Positions 47,255 to 59,749 of a stretch of DNA of 64,000 nucleotides are shown here, piece by piece. The stretch is taken from assembly GCA_020137815.1 (NCBI GenBank), contig CM035353.1:1612001-1676000 (forward strand). The letters are read 5' to 3'. The notes under the pieces were generated by a model, which saw only the letters and a list, made by a program, of their open reading frames with translations, did no database searches and was not told where the DNA came from. This DNA is from Hormiphora californensis. Its lineage: Eukaryota; Animalia; Ctenophora. Numbering within the stretch: position 1 is the stretch's first letter; each line of letters begins with the position of its first letter. The position numbers and the translations under genes were made by a program.

Positions 47255-48276
47255 GATTATAATAATAATAATAATAAAAATGACAGTTTATATCCCGCAC
47301 TGACACAGTTTGTATACAGACAACTCGTTTTCCTTAATTTGAAAGGGACTGCAGTAGACTGCCTGCTCCTAGCACGGTTCTCTGATAACGGTGAGTTAGT
47401 GGGGAACTATCCCACTTGGATAAGATTATTACGGATGAAGTAGCAGCCGTCAGGATCTTCTGATCGTATCCGCTTCAAAGTGGACCTTAGAGCTTTTTGC
47501 TCTTTCAGTTCAGAGGGCGTAAGATCCGGGGAGAGATAAACAGCCGAAAACTGTTTGGAGTCTTTGAGGTTTCGTGCCTTTCTGAGGAGTGCGAGGAGAG
47601 TCGCTCTCTTCTCCAGGGATACTAAGAGCGGTCTAGGGCGCTTCTCATTTCTTTCGCCGATGCGTTTCATCGTAGTCACTTTCGGTTTCTCATTTAATTC
47701 CTCAAAAAGTTCGTCTAAAGTAGTTTTAGCTACTCTATCGGTTGTTTCTGGAAGACCAAACACAACCATGTTCTTCTCTCTTCCGGGCTGTTGGACGGGA
47801 GTATGATGATTCACTGGTAGTGGTTTTCCCACTTTGGGGGAGGTTGCAGCACAATTCTGTGCTAGCACAGTAGAGTAGGCTTTCACCTTCTGCACCGATG
47901 CTGTCACTGTACGGAGTTGTTGCTTCTGGTGGTTGATAACCGTTTGCTGAAGCTCGATTACGTTAACCCGATGGCGGTCAAGTTCTTCTTTACATTCACG
48001 CAGCTGTTTCTCGAGGTTTTCCACACTGATAACCGTTTCAAAATTGTTCATTGTTGCTCGGGCAAGTTTCATACTGGAGAGAAAAATACGCGAAGTAGCC
48101 TCGATTATTTCACTCGTAGTTCGGTCCTTGAGACAATGTCTAAAGTACGAACCCCAGTGCTTGCTAGGCGAAGCTAAGCTGTCGTTGGTTAACATTGAAT
48201 CGGGTGCAGCTTGAATCGATCTATAACATTGAGTAAACTCATCTGGTGTGATGCTCGTCGTGTTGTCCGAATTCAA
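47255..48276 (-). mobile_element. Second ORF1-containing LINE derivative: ORF1, an endonuclease-start stub, then a (TTA)n tail
   Basis: ORF 47407-48276 has a coiled coil plus REKNMVVFGLPE, RIG, KRPRPLLV and VYLSPDLT (CR1/L2 ORF1). Downstream LRKTSCLYTNCVSAGYKL resembles an APE start, followed by ATT repeats at ~47258-47276. Confidence 0.75.
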
Positions 48277-49740
48277 CGGTCCCGAAAAAAATATAGTTTT
48301 TTAATGTTTTAATGGTTATGCCCCCGTTTTCTTTCCAATTATACGTTTCGTTTTTTGCTTCGGGGTTAAGGATCACCGGTCATAAATAGTTTTACCTGTT
48401 GAATAAATTGCATTATGATAATGGAAAACCCGGGGCAGTCCAAACCCAATGGGGGTTTGGTTATTTTTTTTTCTTTGCCTGTTCTATTATCTATTATACC
48501 CTTTTTTCTTTCTTCCCTTTTTAAAATTTAGACCCTCCAGCAAGCAGTTTCTCAAAACTGTGAACAATACCAAAACATTTTAATTACGGTAACCGTCCAA
48601 AAGGTAGTCTAAATTGACGAAAAAACTAAATTTGGGGCATAGGTGGAATTCCTCAATTTGACAAAATCAAGTTGGTAGCTGAAACCCAAAACCAAATTAA
48701 CGGCTCAAACATTAAAACATAATGAAATTTTAACACGTATTTGAACCCCGTTTTTGAACATTTCCGGGAATTTCCCCAGCATCCCCAAACGCCCGATTAA
48801 TTGTGTTTTCCCAATTTAATTAATTTCATCAAAAATTCTTATTTATGAGTATTAAAAAGTAATTAAACTTCTGCCATAATTTTGGGTTTTATACTTTGTC
48901 TCAAAGGAAACAGCAACCCCTCTATTTTGGGAAAAAAATTTAGGGTTGCCTCTTAATTTTATAACAAAGTTTTTTGTCCGCGGATGAGGTAATTTTCCCT
49001 AAAGAATTGGTTACCCGCATCGTTAGGCAAAAAAGTAAATATTAATAAAAAAGGGAAAGATTAATGAACGACCCCCAAAAGGTTTTGTTTATCGGTGTTT
49101 AAATCCTTGATAAAAACTATTTCCTAAAAACCCCCTTGCCAAAAATGTCAAACACCTTGGGTATATCAATGAATGTCCCTTTTATTGATTACATAAACAT
49201 TTTGATGGAATAATTTAAAATAGGTTTTTAATAGATTTTAAGGCAATTACCTCCAGATTGTTTGAGTTCCCTTGGAAGGGGCGGAGGTTTGCGAACCAAC
49301 TGCAAATGGGAATATTTGCGGATGTTCCTGCCCCATACTTCCGTAATGTGGAGATAAATCACAGTTCTCCGCACTTCAGCAGTCGTGCCCAATTAATTAG
49401 GAAATTTTGGAGTTATTAATTTTGGATTTATATGTCCCTGGAAATTTACAACCCTTCGTGATGCCTTCCGGGATTCGGGCATTTAAAAGGGGGGAATGGA
49501 GGGTTTAAATGAATCAATTATCGCGGTTTGGGGGCCTTAAAACATTGGGAAAAAATCATCCGAAAATTTGCAAAAATTAGAAAATTTTTTGGGGCCCCCA
49601 CCCGCCTGTCTTTTCCAGGGGAAATTTGTGCTTGTCAAAGAGTCTTTGGAAAAAATTTTCAACCCGTCCATAGGAGAACACCTAATGCGTTTAGGAAAGC
49701 TCATGGGAACATAATTGTGAAGGCTAAAAAGGGGGAATCT
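48277..49740. other. Low-quality tract (homopolymer-biased)
   Basis: Inflated A/T/G/C runs and no recognisable coding signal. Confidence 0.5.
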
Positions 49741-49800
49741 ACGAATTCAGAGTTTTTGTTATTCTCTCTGTGGCTGGACAAATGAATCAGACGGGTATAA

Positions 49801-49843
49801 TGACGCTACCAGTTTCGAGGATCTACCTCTTCATCGGGCTACA
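49801..49843 (-). ncRNA. Minimal hammerhead-ribozyme-like motif (left PLE arm)
   Basis: Reverse complement of 54124-54166. Confidence 0.6.
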
Positions 49844-49873
49844 AAAATAAATAGTGTTAATTATAAATATATA

Positions 49874-50940
49874 CAGTCGGACCCCGATTTAACGGCACCC
49901 TCGGGGGAAAGGGTTTTGTCCGTTAAATCGGGGTGTCCGTTAAATCGGGGTAGAGCATATTTGGCCCATAAAACCCTATTTTTGTCCAAAATGCTGTACT
50001 AAAACACCTCTAAGTGTTAAATGCAATGTCCATGTATTGATTACATGATCATTTCTGATTAGAAAAAGAAAGTAATTTCAAAATAGTTTCAAAATAAGTT
50101 ATAAAAATTTTCTAAGGTACTATATCAACCACGTCCGAATCGTTTACGCTCCAGTTGCAGATTGGAGGCTGGCTCCAGTTTCTGGCGCCAGCCTCCAGTC
50201 TGCAACTGGCGCAAGCTGGGAGAGTCCCTGTGCGCGCCAAATCTTCGTTGACTAGCAGGGTTTTCGATGTGAATTGCATGTAAAGTAGCGCGCGCGGCAG
50301 TGTCAGCAGTGTCAGCAGGGGCCTGCTTCATTGTAACTAACGTCAGTCGCAAAATCTCTAACTGGACCCTTATCGAATCAGTGCATCTTATCGCATGTCT
50401 TGCTGCTAATTAGACGAACCGATACGTGATACCATGCCGAATCGGGGCACTTTAAGCGGGGTGAGGAAGAATTTGAAGTTCAAAATATATTTTTCTCTGA
50501 AAATTCATGGGGAGCACCGATCAAAGCATTGACAATCATTCTGTAAAATTTTGCAAAAAAAGTTATGAAAATTTTTCAAAGGTATATCAACCACGTCCGA
50601 ATCGTGTTTCGAATCAGTGCATTTTATCGCACGTCCTGTCGCTAATTAGACGGTTCGAAACGAACCGATACGTGATCCCCATGAGGCCAGTTTAACAAGC
50701 GTCAAAATTGCGATTCGATGGGCCTCATGGGGATCACATATCTGTTCGTTTTGAACCGTCTAATTACCGGCAAGACATGCAATAAGATGCACCGATTCGA
50801 AACACGATTCGGACGTGGTTTTTCAAAAAATTTTCAAAAAAAAATTTCAAAAAAAATTTAAAAAAATTTTGGGGGAAATTTATCCTGCCGTTAAATCGGG
50901 GTGCCGCTAAATCGGGGGCCGTTAAATCGGGGTCCGACTG
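49874..50940. mobile_element. Tc1/mariner-type MITE, 1.07-kb form, inserted in the left PLE arm
   Basis: TA TSD; the empty site is present in the right PLE arm (~54090-54100). Confidence 0.92.
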
Positions 50941-52601
50941 TAGTAAAAACTAAAATCACACACGTCAATCAACATAAAATTATAAATCAGCACTTTAATA
51001 ATAAACTAAACACTGTACAGAGGAGCAAGTCTCATATGAACAGTACAGAGTGAACTGAAGTTACCGTTACAATACAGCAGGTGAGATGAAGTGATAAACA
51101 AATAGGGCGTGCATGAGGTGATACACAAGGACTATCACAAATTAATACAAACTATTACGCACACAAACACACGAACCCACTGGACAACAACAACAACAGC
51201 AACTAAATATTAAATTAAATATCTCGTAAGTTCGGAACATTCCTCTTTATTGTTCATACCAGGTCTCAGTTTCTGTATATACATGGCCTCTAAAATTTTC
51301 CTCTTTAAAATGTTTCTCTCGGTGGTTAATATCTTAAAACTGAGTTTAGGGGGTGTGTTTTTATGACGTGATGTGTAATGAATGGCTAGAGGGGTATCAA
51401 TGTAGCTCGGCGCATTAGGATTGTTAGCATTGCGGGAATGTTCTGACAATCTGTCGTGTACCGACCTACAAGACTCTCCCACATAGATTTCACCACACAA
51501 TAAACATGTTATCTGGTACACTGGTGACATGGTGTTACACGAGCCCTTCTCGAGTCTTTCACAAATATTACAATTTTTCGCAAGACACTCTAGATTGTCG
51601 TGAGGACGTGAGCTACATAGCATGTCTCTCAAGCGGGTGCCTGGGGTGAAGACTAAATCGATTGGCAGAGCTCTGGCGGTGATAAACTTACGTATTTCAC
51701 CACTCACAGTTTCAGAAACATACGGTAATTTCAACATCACATTGTTATTACCCTTTGTCAACCTACCCCGGGTTCTCTGTTCTCCAAATTGTCTGGGGTG
51801 TTCATACCCATTAGCTAAAAGAAGTCTGTCAGTAATGGCTAAGGACTGTTCCAATAATTCCGGGTTAGATGATGAGATCTCTGCAGTTCTGTAGAAGTTG
51901 CGTACTGTCTGCACTTTCGTTTCCAGAGGAAGGTGAGACCGGAAGTGCAGGGTGATGTCCTTTCTCGTACCTTTTCGATAGAACTTAGATTCCAGCTTAT
52001 CATCAGTAATTCGAATCTCAGTGCCAAGGAATGGTGTAAATTCTCCGTCCTCAGGAAAATCCACCTCCCATTTTAACAATTCTCTCGGATCTTGTCGGGC
52101 AATGTTATTGAAAAGAGAGATGGCGGTTTCCCTGTTATCTGCGAGCGTCCAGGCATCATCAATGTACCGGCCGTACAATGATAAAGAGATGAATTTCACG
52201 TCGGTATAGATGGTTGCCCTCTCAAATTTGTAAACTCGAATAACTGCAGCAATAGGACTTGGTCGACAGCCCATAAACAAACCAACCAACTGTTTGTATA
52301 CTCTACCACAGTAAGTGAAGTAGGAGTTAGTTAGCACCAATTCCAGGATCTGGTGCACGTCACAGAGATGCAACTCACGGAGATTCAGGAGCTCTCTATT
52401 CTCAGCAGCAAAGTCAATGACATCCTTCACACAATCCTCGATCACAAGATTGGTGTATAGAGCTGAAATGTCTGCTGAGCAGAAGTGCTTACCCTTCAGC
52501 TGTTCTGGTGGGAGTTCAGCTAACTGTTTGAGGTGCGTGTGTATGTTGCTCAGATGACTGGGGATCAGATTCAGGAGAGGATGACAAACCTTTTGACCGT
52601 T

Positions 52602-54222
52602 TTGTGTGAAGGATGTCATTGACTTTGCTGCTGAGAATAGAGAGCTCCTGAATCTCCGTGAGTTGCATCTCTGTGACGTGCACCAGATCCTGGAATTGGT
52701 GCTAACTAACTCCTACTTCACTTACTGTGGTAGAGTATACAAACAGTTGGTTGGTTTGTTTATGGGCTGTCGACCAAGTCCTATTGCTGCAGTTATTCGA
52801 GTTTACAAATTTGAGAGGGCAACCATCTATACCGACGTGAAATTCATCTCTTTATCATTGTACGGCCGGTACATTGATGATGCCTGGACGCTCGCAGATA
52901 ACAGGGAAACCGCCATCTCTCTTTTCAATAACATTGCCCGACAAGATCCGAGAGAATTGTTAAAATGGGAGGTGGATTTTCCTGAGGACGGAGAATTTAC
53001 ACCATTCCTTGGCACTGAGATTCGAATTACTGATGATAAGCTGGAATCTAAGTTCTATCGAAAAGGTACGAGAAAGGACATCACCCTGCACTTCCGGTCT
53101 CACCATCCTCTGGAAACGAAAGTGCAGACAGTACGCAACTTCTACAGAACTGCAGAGATCTCATCATCTAACCCGGAATTATTGGAACAGTCCTTAGCCA
53201 TTACTGACAGACTTCTTTTAGCTAATGGGTATGAACACCCCAGACAATTTGGAGAACAGAGAACCCGGGGTAGGTTGACAAAGGGTAATAACAATGTGAT
53301 GTTGAAATTACCGTATGTTTCTGAAACTGTGAGTGGTGAAATACGTAAGTTTATCACCGCCAGAGCTCTGCCAATCGATTTAGTCTTCACCCCAGGCACC
53401 CGCTTGAGAGACATGCTATGTAGCTCACGTCCTCACGACAATCTAGAGTGTCTTGCGAAAAATTGTAATATTTGTGAAAGACTCGAGAAGGGCTCGTGTA
53501 ACACCATGTCACCAGTGTACCAGATAACATGTTTATTGTGTGGTGAAATCTATGTGGGAGAGTCTTGTAGGTCGGTACACGACAGATTGTCAGAACATTC
53601 CCGCAATGCTAACAATCCTAATGCGCCGAGCTACATTGATACCCCTCTAGCCATTCATTACACATCACGTCATAAAAACACACCCCCTAAACTCAGTTTT
53701 AAGATATTAACCACCGAGAGAAACATTTTAAAGAGGAAAATTTTAGAGGCCATGTATATACAGAAACTGAGACCTGGTATGAACAATAAAGAGGAATGTT
53801 CCGAACTTACGAGATATTTAATTTAATATTTAGTTGCTGTTGTTGTTGTTGTCCAGTGGGTTCGTGTGTTTGTGTGCGTAATAGTTTGTATTAATTTGTG
53901 ATAGTCCTTGTGTATCACCTCATGCACGCCCTATTTGTTTATCACTTCATCTCACCTGCTGTATTGTAACGGTAACTTCAGTTCACTCTGTACTGTTCAT
54001 ATGAGACTTGCTCCTCTGTACAGTGTTTAGTTTATTATTAAAGTGCTGATTTATAATTTTATGTTGATTGACGTGTGTGATTTTAGTTTTTACTATATAT
54101 TTATAATTAACACTATTTATTTTTGTAGCCCGATGAAGAGGTAGATCCTCGAAACTGGTAGCGTCATTATACCCGTCTGATTCATTTGTCCAGCCACAGA
54201 GAGAATAACAAAAACTCTGAAT
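52602..54222 (+). mobile_element. Penelope-like element, right arm of the inverted pair
   Basis: ORF 52606-53826 is identical to the left arm except for one residue (HHPL vs HLPL); both arms end at ...CTCTGAAT. Confidence 0.95.
54124..54166 (+). ncRNA. Minimal type I hammerhead-ribozyme-like motif in the PLE 3' region
   Basis: TGTAGC-CCGATGA-A-GAGG tagat CCTC-GAAAC-TG-GTA-GCGTCA: core-like boxes, 4-bp stem II, near-palindromic ACTGGT stem III. Confidence 0.6.
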
Positions 54223-54358
54223 ATCAAACATGAGGCTAATAAACAGTTATCCGATCACCCAACTGTCAATTAATTTCAAATCTAAAATTTTATAGAAATT
54301 CTTTGCAAAACTGGTGTGCTTGAAAATGAGTCGGGCTCTGTCGGAATATTGGATTTTA

Positions 54359-56567
54359 TTAAATTTTACCTTTTTTCCGTTCAAGATAAAGCTTGCACTG
54401 GGGTAAACACTGGCTTGGAAGAACAGTAGCATTTCTAGATTCGTCTATCTCATAGCATCGATCTCGTAACGATTCCTTTTGTTTTAAACGCCCTGAAAAC
54501 ATGGGGGATTTGGGGGGGGGGGGGGGGGGGCAGGATTTGTGAACTCAGCTGAAGGAACTTGACCCTCTTTCCTCAACAAAACATGTACACGTGTATACAC
54601 TTGATCAAGCCTGTATGGCAGGTTAATGAAGGTATAGTAGCTGTCACTCACCCGTTATCATATTTGATTCTGCTTTCAGACAACTCTCCCCCGCGGGGTT
54701 CTTATGACACAGCAGAGTTGAAATATCCTTCAACAGGCTGGTAAAATCATCTATCGTCATATCCGGAAAAAAGTTGGTAATCTGAAAAAGGGGGTGTAAT
54801 TTTTGGTAAAGTTGATCTCTCTCCGTTCTTTTCTCAGTATGTGCACACATATTTCCCTCCCTGCGGTTTTCCCCTTGCAAGAGGGTGAGCTTATAACATT
54901 CGTGTGTTATTATATGTCACAACGAATTGGTGATGATACTTTTTGAATTATAGTATCGCCGAGAGAAGAGAGATATCATAACCTTATAATAGCTGAAAAC
55001 ACTATAAGATAAACACACAGACCTACTACACCTTCACCCGCGGTAACTGTATACTAAATTACATGTACCGCCATGCAACTTCCCAAGCTACTGTTTCTTT
55101 CCCCTTTCTCGCTTTCATAATTAATCGTGGAGCTCAATTTGTGTGTAGGAAGAGGAAAACAGTGGTAGCTCCCACACACATATAATCCCCCCCCCTCTCC
55201 TGCTCACAGATCATCATGTTGACGTGGCAGCAGGGACGCAGCAGCGTGGGTAATATTTAACTATATTTCGAGCTATATATTATGATACAGCAGGCAGCAG
55301 GAACCGACCGAAACAAGTAAACAACCAATCAGAACTAGTTATTTAGGTCACGTGACTGCTTATCAGCCAATCAGGGACCCGTACTTCCTGATTCGGTCGG
55401 TTCCTGGCAGGCAGCTACTTATTGATTTCGAGCTACTAGCTGTGTGGAAGCTGTGCTGGGAAGATCGAACGTCCCATTCCAAATATGGAGCTGTATAAAA
55501 TAATAATAATGTACTAAGATGTACTAAGATGTACTAAGATGTACACTGTTTACTTACGGGTAGATTGGCGAGGCATGACTTCTTCGTGTATGATATCGTT
55601 ATGTTATAGCAGTTGTCATTACACAAGAGCATCAAATCGTCATATCGATCCAAAGCCCACGAAACTGCCTGTATAGGAGATCAGGGGTTAGTTGCACACA
55701 AAGTTACATCCGTTATGATAACACCTGATATATCATAAAATATGTGTTGTACTAGGTAGCTGGTTTTCTACTTTATTTTTAGAGCCATGATTCCTCTTCC
55801 TACCATCGTGTTACTTGTTCTGGTTGCTATGGTAACATAGGACATCTAGGATCATATTATATGTGTGCTCACAATATTATAGTTGCTGCTCACAGTTTGT
55901 CCAATCGACGTTTTAATTCATTATAATAACCCCATCATCACTGTATACCATTCCTCTCTACCCATCACTTAACCCTCTGAACCCTCTCTCTACCCCTCCT
56001 ACTCCCACCTTTTTATACAGTTATATGACAATAATGTTATTGTTAAATACTTTTTAATTTGAATCCTGAATCCTGAATCCTGTATAGTTACCTCTTTAAA
56101 TCTAAATTGTCCCAGATCCCTGTAAATCATGGGCAGGAATTTGTACATCATCTCCTGCATGTATATCTGACAGTCGGTGGGAGTGTACTCTAACCGTAGT
56201 ATACATTGGAGAATCTGATCATTCTGAGCATCTGTCAGATCTTCAACTTTCTCGTATCTATAAAATATGTGTATCACATATATATTTATCAGAGATATAT
56301 CAGAGATATATATTCATTATGTAATCAATTAATATTACAGCTAACATAATATACATCATGTATGTTAACGAATCAAAAAGACCTCAGCCTGATAAAGAAG
56401 TGAAAAGAAAGTTGGTGTTGCGTGTCAATTTGGTACCTGTGCAAAAAGTACGTTTCGGCGTGCTCTTTTACTGTCGGGTCCTTCGCCGGCTTTCCCTCGT
56501 GCCCCCTCGTTATGTGGATTAGAATTATCGTCATTGTCATAGCAACCAAGGATGGTAGAGTTGCCAT
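54359..56567 (-). CDS. Spliced, Cys-rich secreted protein of unknown family (internal exon structure partly uncertain)
   Basis: Signal-like MATLPSLVAMTMTIILIHITRG. Exons 56567-56437, 56257-56092 and 55668-55558 chain in frame; further candidate exons at ~55490, ~55255, ~54990, 54781-54652 and ~54493-54359. Confidence 0.55.
55298..55406 (+). mobile_element. hAT-like MITE, copy 3
   Basis: 8-bp TSD GCAGGCAG. Confidence 0.9.
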
Positions 56568-57718
56568 AGCAACGTTCAGAACGTGAAACTACTCACATTG
56601 CTATACCTCACGCTAAAAATGTTTACATATAATGGTTATACAATGGGGTAAATGGTTGTACATTATACATAAATGCAACTGTAAACTACGCCAACTCCCC
56701 ACACAGGCGCTAGACGAGATTGAGTCGCATAGCACATCATCAAGGGGGACACGACTGCAAAGTATGCATTCAGCTATATCAACGACATGCAGTAGCTCCA
56801 CCAGCTCTCAACCACCAGGTAAGTCCCCAAATGGGGTTCACGCCCATGGCAACCGCTCTAATCAAACCAAATCAAACCAAATCAAATTAACCGCCAGGAC
56901 GTATCAATTTGGATTTTCAATCAATCAATTGCAACTTCCAAAAAGTATAAACATTCTGGAACATTCCATTTTTTCGTCTCAGTCACATAATATGGCCTAT
57001 AAAAAAGTAGCAAATAAACTGCAGCTTACTATACACATTAAAGAGAGTAAGTAATTTATATATATCGATGTGCACGGTGTAGAATTAATGGCAGTTGTGG
57101 GAAGTTAAGCGAAACTGACATTGTAATGGAGTCTGAACTAACGGATAGAGAGAAAATTAGATAAAAGAACGGCGGCATTACGCGACAAATAGAAAATGGA
57201 TCACTTCCTCTCTGTCTACCACTCTACCTCTCTCTGTCTACCACTCTGTCTACCACTCTGCCTACCACTCTGTCTACCTCTCTACCTCTACCACGACAGC
57301 TTATTGATCTGTATTAGGCGCTCTAAAAGTGGTGATATATTTTGAGGCATAATTCTAAAGAGAGATCGGTTAGGTAATTGTGGCGCTTAATAAAGCGATG
57401 TTTAAATTGAGAGCTTCAGATGGTCGATGGTAAGAGATCTGTCATATTATTTTATGACCTGTATTCTAGCAAATCAAAATATGAGTGTTAATAAAAATCG
57501 GTGAAAGTGATGTGTATAGTGTATACAGCGGTGATCGGCCTTGTTTTGAGTAGAGTTTGATTCAAATTTCTAGTCGGGGGACTACAGAGATTTGACGATT
57601 ATAAGGTCTGTAGACGAATATATATTCACCATCGCACACAATCCCTCGCTTTGAAGATACTTTTTGACTGTGCACGTGTAAAGAATAAAGATACTATTTG
57701 ACTGCACGTGTTTCAGAT

Positions 57719-57800
57719 CGGAACAGTATGCAAGAGACATCCTTCCAACGTTTATCTGACCCCAATATGAGGGCTATGGAAGCTTCCAAAGATTGGGAAG
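57719..57800 (+). other. Candidate isolated exon (possible start of a long-intron gene)
   Basis: TTTCAG|...ATGCAAGAG...GGGAAG|GTGAGT with open frame MQETSFQRLSDPNMRAMEASKDWE; no partner exons identified. Confidence 0.3.
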
Positions 57801-59705
57801 GTGAGTACATCAAATATTTTTCAAAATAAGTTCTAAATTAACTGAAATTATCAATGAATTTGATTTGGAAGTTAGTTTGATGATCTTGAGCTAACAATAT
57901 ACCGATCGCTAATCATTTTGCCATCTGGATGGTAAAAAGATGCATCTTTCGATTTCATCTGTAGGCTTTGTATAAGACAATAAACACAATAGAATCAATC
58001 CAAACAGATATATTATATTATTACTATAATATATAGTTAACTGCTAAGTACATGTATGATTGTACATAATGACAGTAATTTGCTAGCAAATGGAAGAAAA
58101 AGAACGTGAAGGAGAGGTAGATTTAAGAGTTAAGCTAAAATACATCTAGACTAATATATATATTATGTGTATGTAAAATACAAAGGATATAAAGACCATT
58201 AGATCAAAATATATGATATAAGCTGCAGAATCATCACAAAAAAACAGAGCAAAAGATGTTGATTAGTGTACACGGCTGGTAACTTACTACCATGTATATA
58301 CCAGATCAGATACTATCAGATCAGATACTATCAGATACTATCAGATATTGTACCATGATATGGTATGCAAGCTTTTTACACGAAATTTGAATGGTCGGTG
58401 CAACGTAAGAACTAAGAAGTAAAGTAGATTGGGACCGGTTAGAATTGTGTCAGCGAGCTACGTTACAAGATAGCTGTATAACTATTGAGACATTCACAGA
58501 ATTGATAGGCTACCTAGTGGGCTGGGCCCTGCGTCTGGGCTCTTCGGGGTTCAATCACCCAATTTTTTTCAGGGTTTTTGAGATTGCCATGCTTAGTTAT
58601 ACTTATGATAATTATACCAAATCAGACGAAATAATTTAAAAATTTGTAGAAACAAAAACAATTTTCATGATTCATCTGCTATGCGAAAACGTTTTCTATT
58701 TGGAATCTGCCTTTAAGATTAAGATGAAGTATAACAGTGGAACAGTTAATTAATAGATAGTGGTTTCCTTCACCTTTACTGCAGCAGCACTATAGAAAAC
58801 TAGGTCAGTTAGTGGTCGCAGAATTGTGGTTAGCTTTTCGCTTCCTGCACGGATGAATGTTTTCAAATTCAAACGGATAACATTCTGCTTTGCAAAGCAG
58901 GATAGTGTGTTAGACAAATTAACCGTGTACAATAAGGGGGAAGTGTTTATCACCAGACTGATCCAGGATCCTAGGTATTAGGAAAGGTCGGTTTATATGC
59001 GAACAATTTAATCGGCCTGGATGTTGTAATGCTATAATAAACTGTTATAATACTATTGAGTACATTTATAAAGTTGCAATACTACTGTTATACTGCAGCT
59101 GTTGGACATGGGAATAGTAAGTTGTGCTGTCAGTGCACTGTGAAAGCAGCCGTGACAGATAAAGGGACAGAGAGAGAAACAAATTATCATATTATGTGAG
59201 TTGAGGTTACAAAACATGCGTATTATATATTCCATATTCACTAATTGGTAGGAAAGGCTAGTTATAAGCAATTGAAGCACAAAATAAACGAAAGAGGAAA
59301 CACCTCAACAATTAATTTGTCTATTCGCCTTCGAACAAGTTCATTTGTCCTCACGCTGTGTTTTACAACTAGCAGCGAATATGAAAATAGGTATAAAACC
59401 TTCGAATCCTCAACTGCGAATCTCTATGCAGCTACTGCCTACTATTGAAACGCTACGAGAGGAAGAGTTTATAATTATAATAAAGTAAGAAATGATATGA
59501 ATTAGTCACGGAATATATGTTCCCTGAACAAGTGCGATAAACATGATGATGGCGGTCAAAGGTTCTCTCTATAATAAAGTTAAGGTTACAGTGGGCAAAC
59601 TATCCCAATTAGTGATCCGTGATGCATCCGGGTTGTTGTACTGAACAAGAAAAAAGAAGTTTACTTCCCCTCCTCTATCTCTCTCTCTCTCCTCCTTTCT
59701 CTCTC

Positions 59706-59749
<44 letters not shown>

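Larger units (their letters stand above)
49745..52601 (-). mobile_element. Penelope-like element (RT + GIY-YIG), 5'-truncated, left arm of an inverted pair
   Basis: ORF 51210-~52601: SADISALYTN, QLVGLFMG, YGRYIDD, FLG, YRK, VYQITCLLCGEIYVGES, RKILEA...MN. The 3' region is interrupted by a MITE. Confidence 0.95.
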
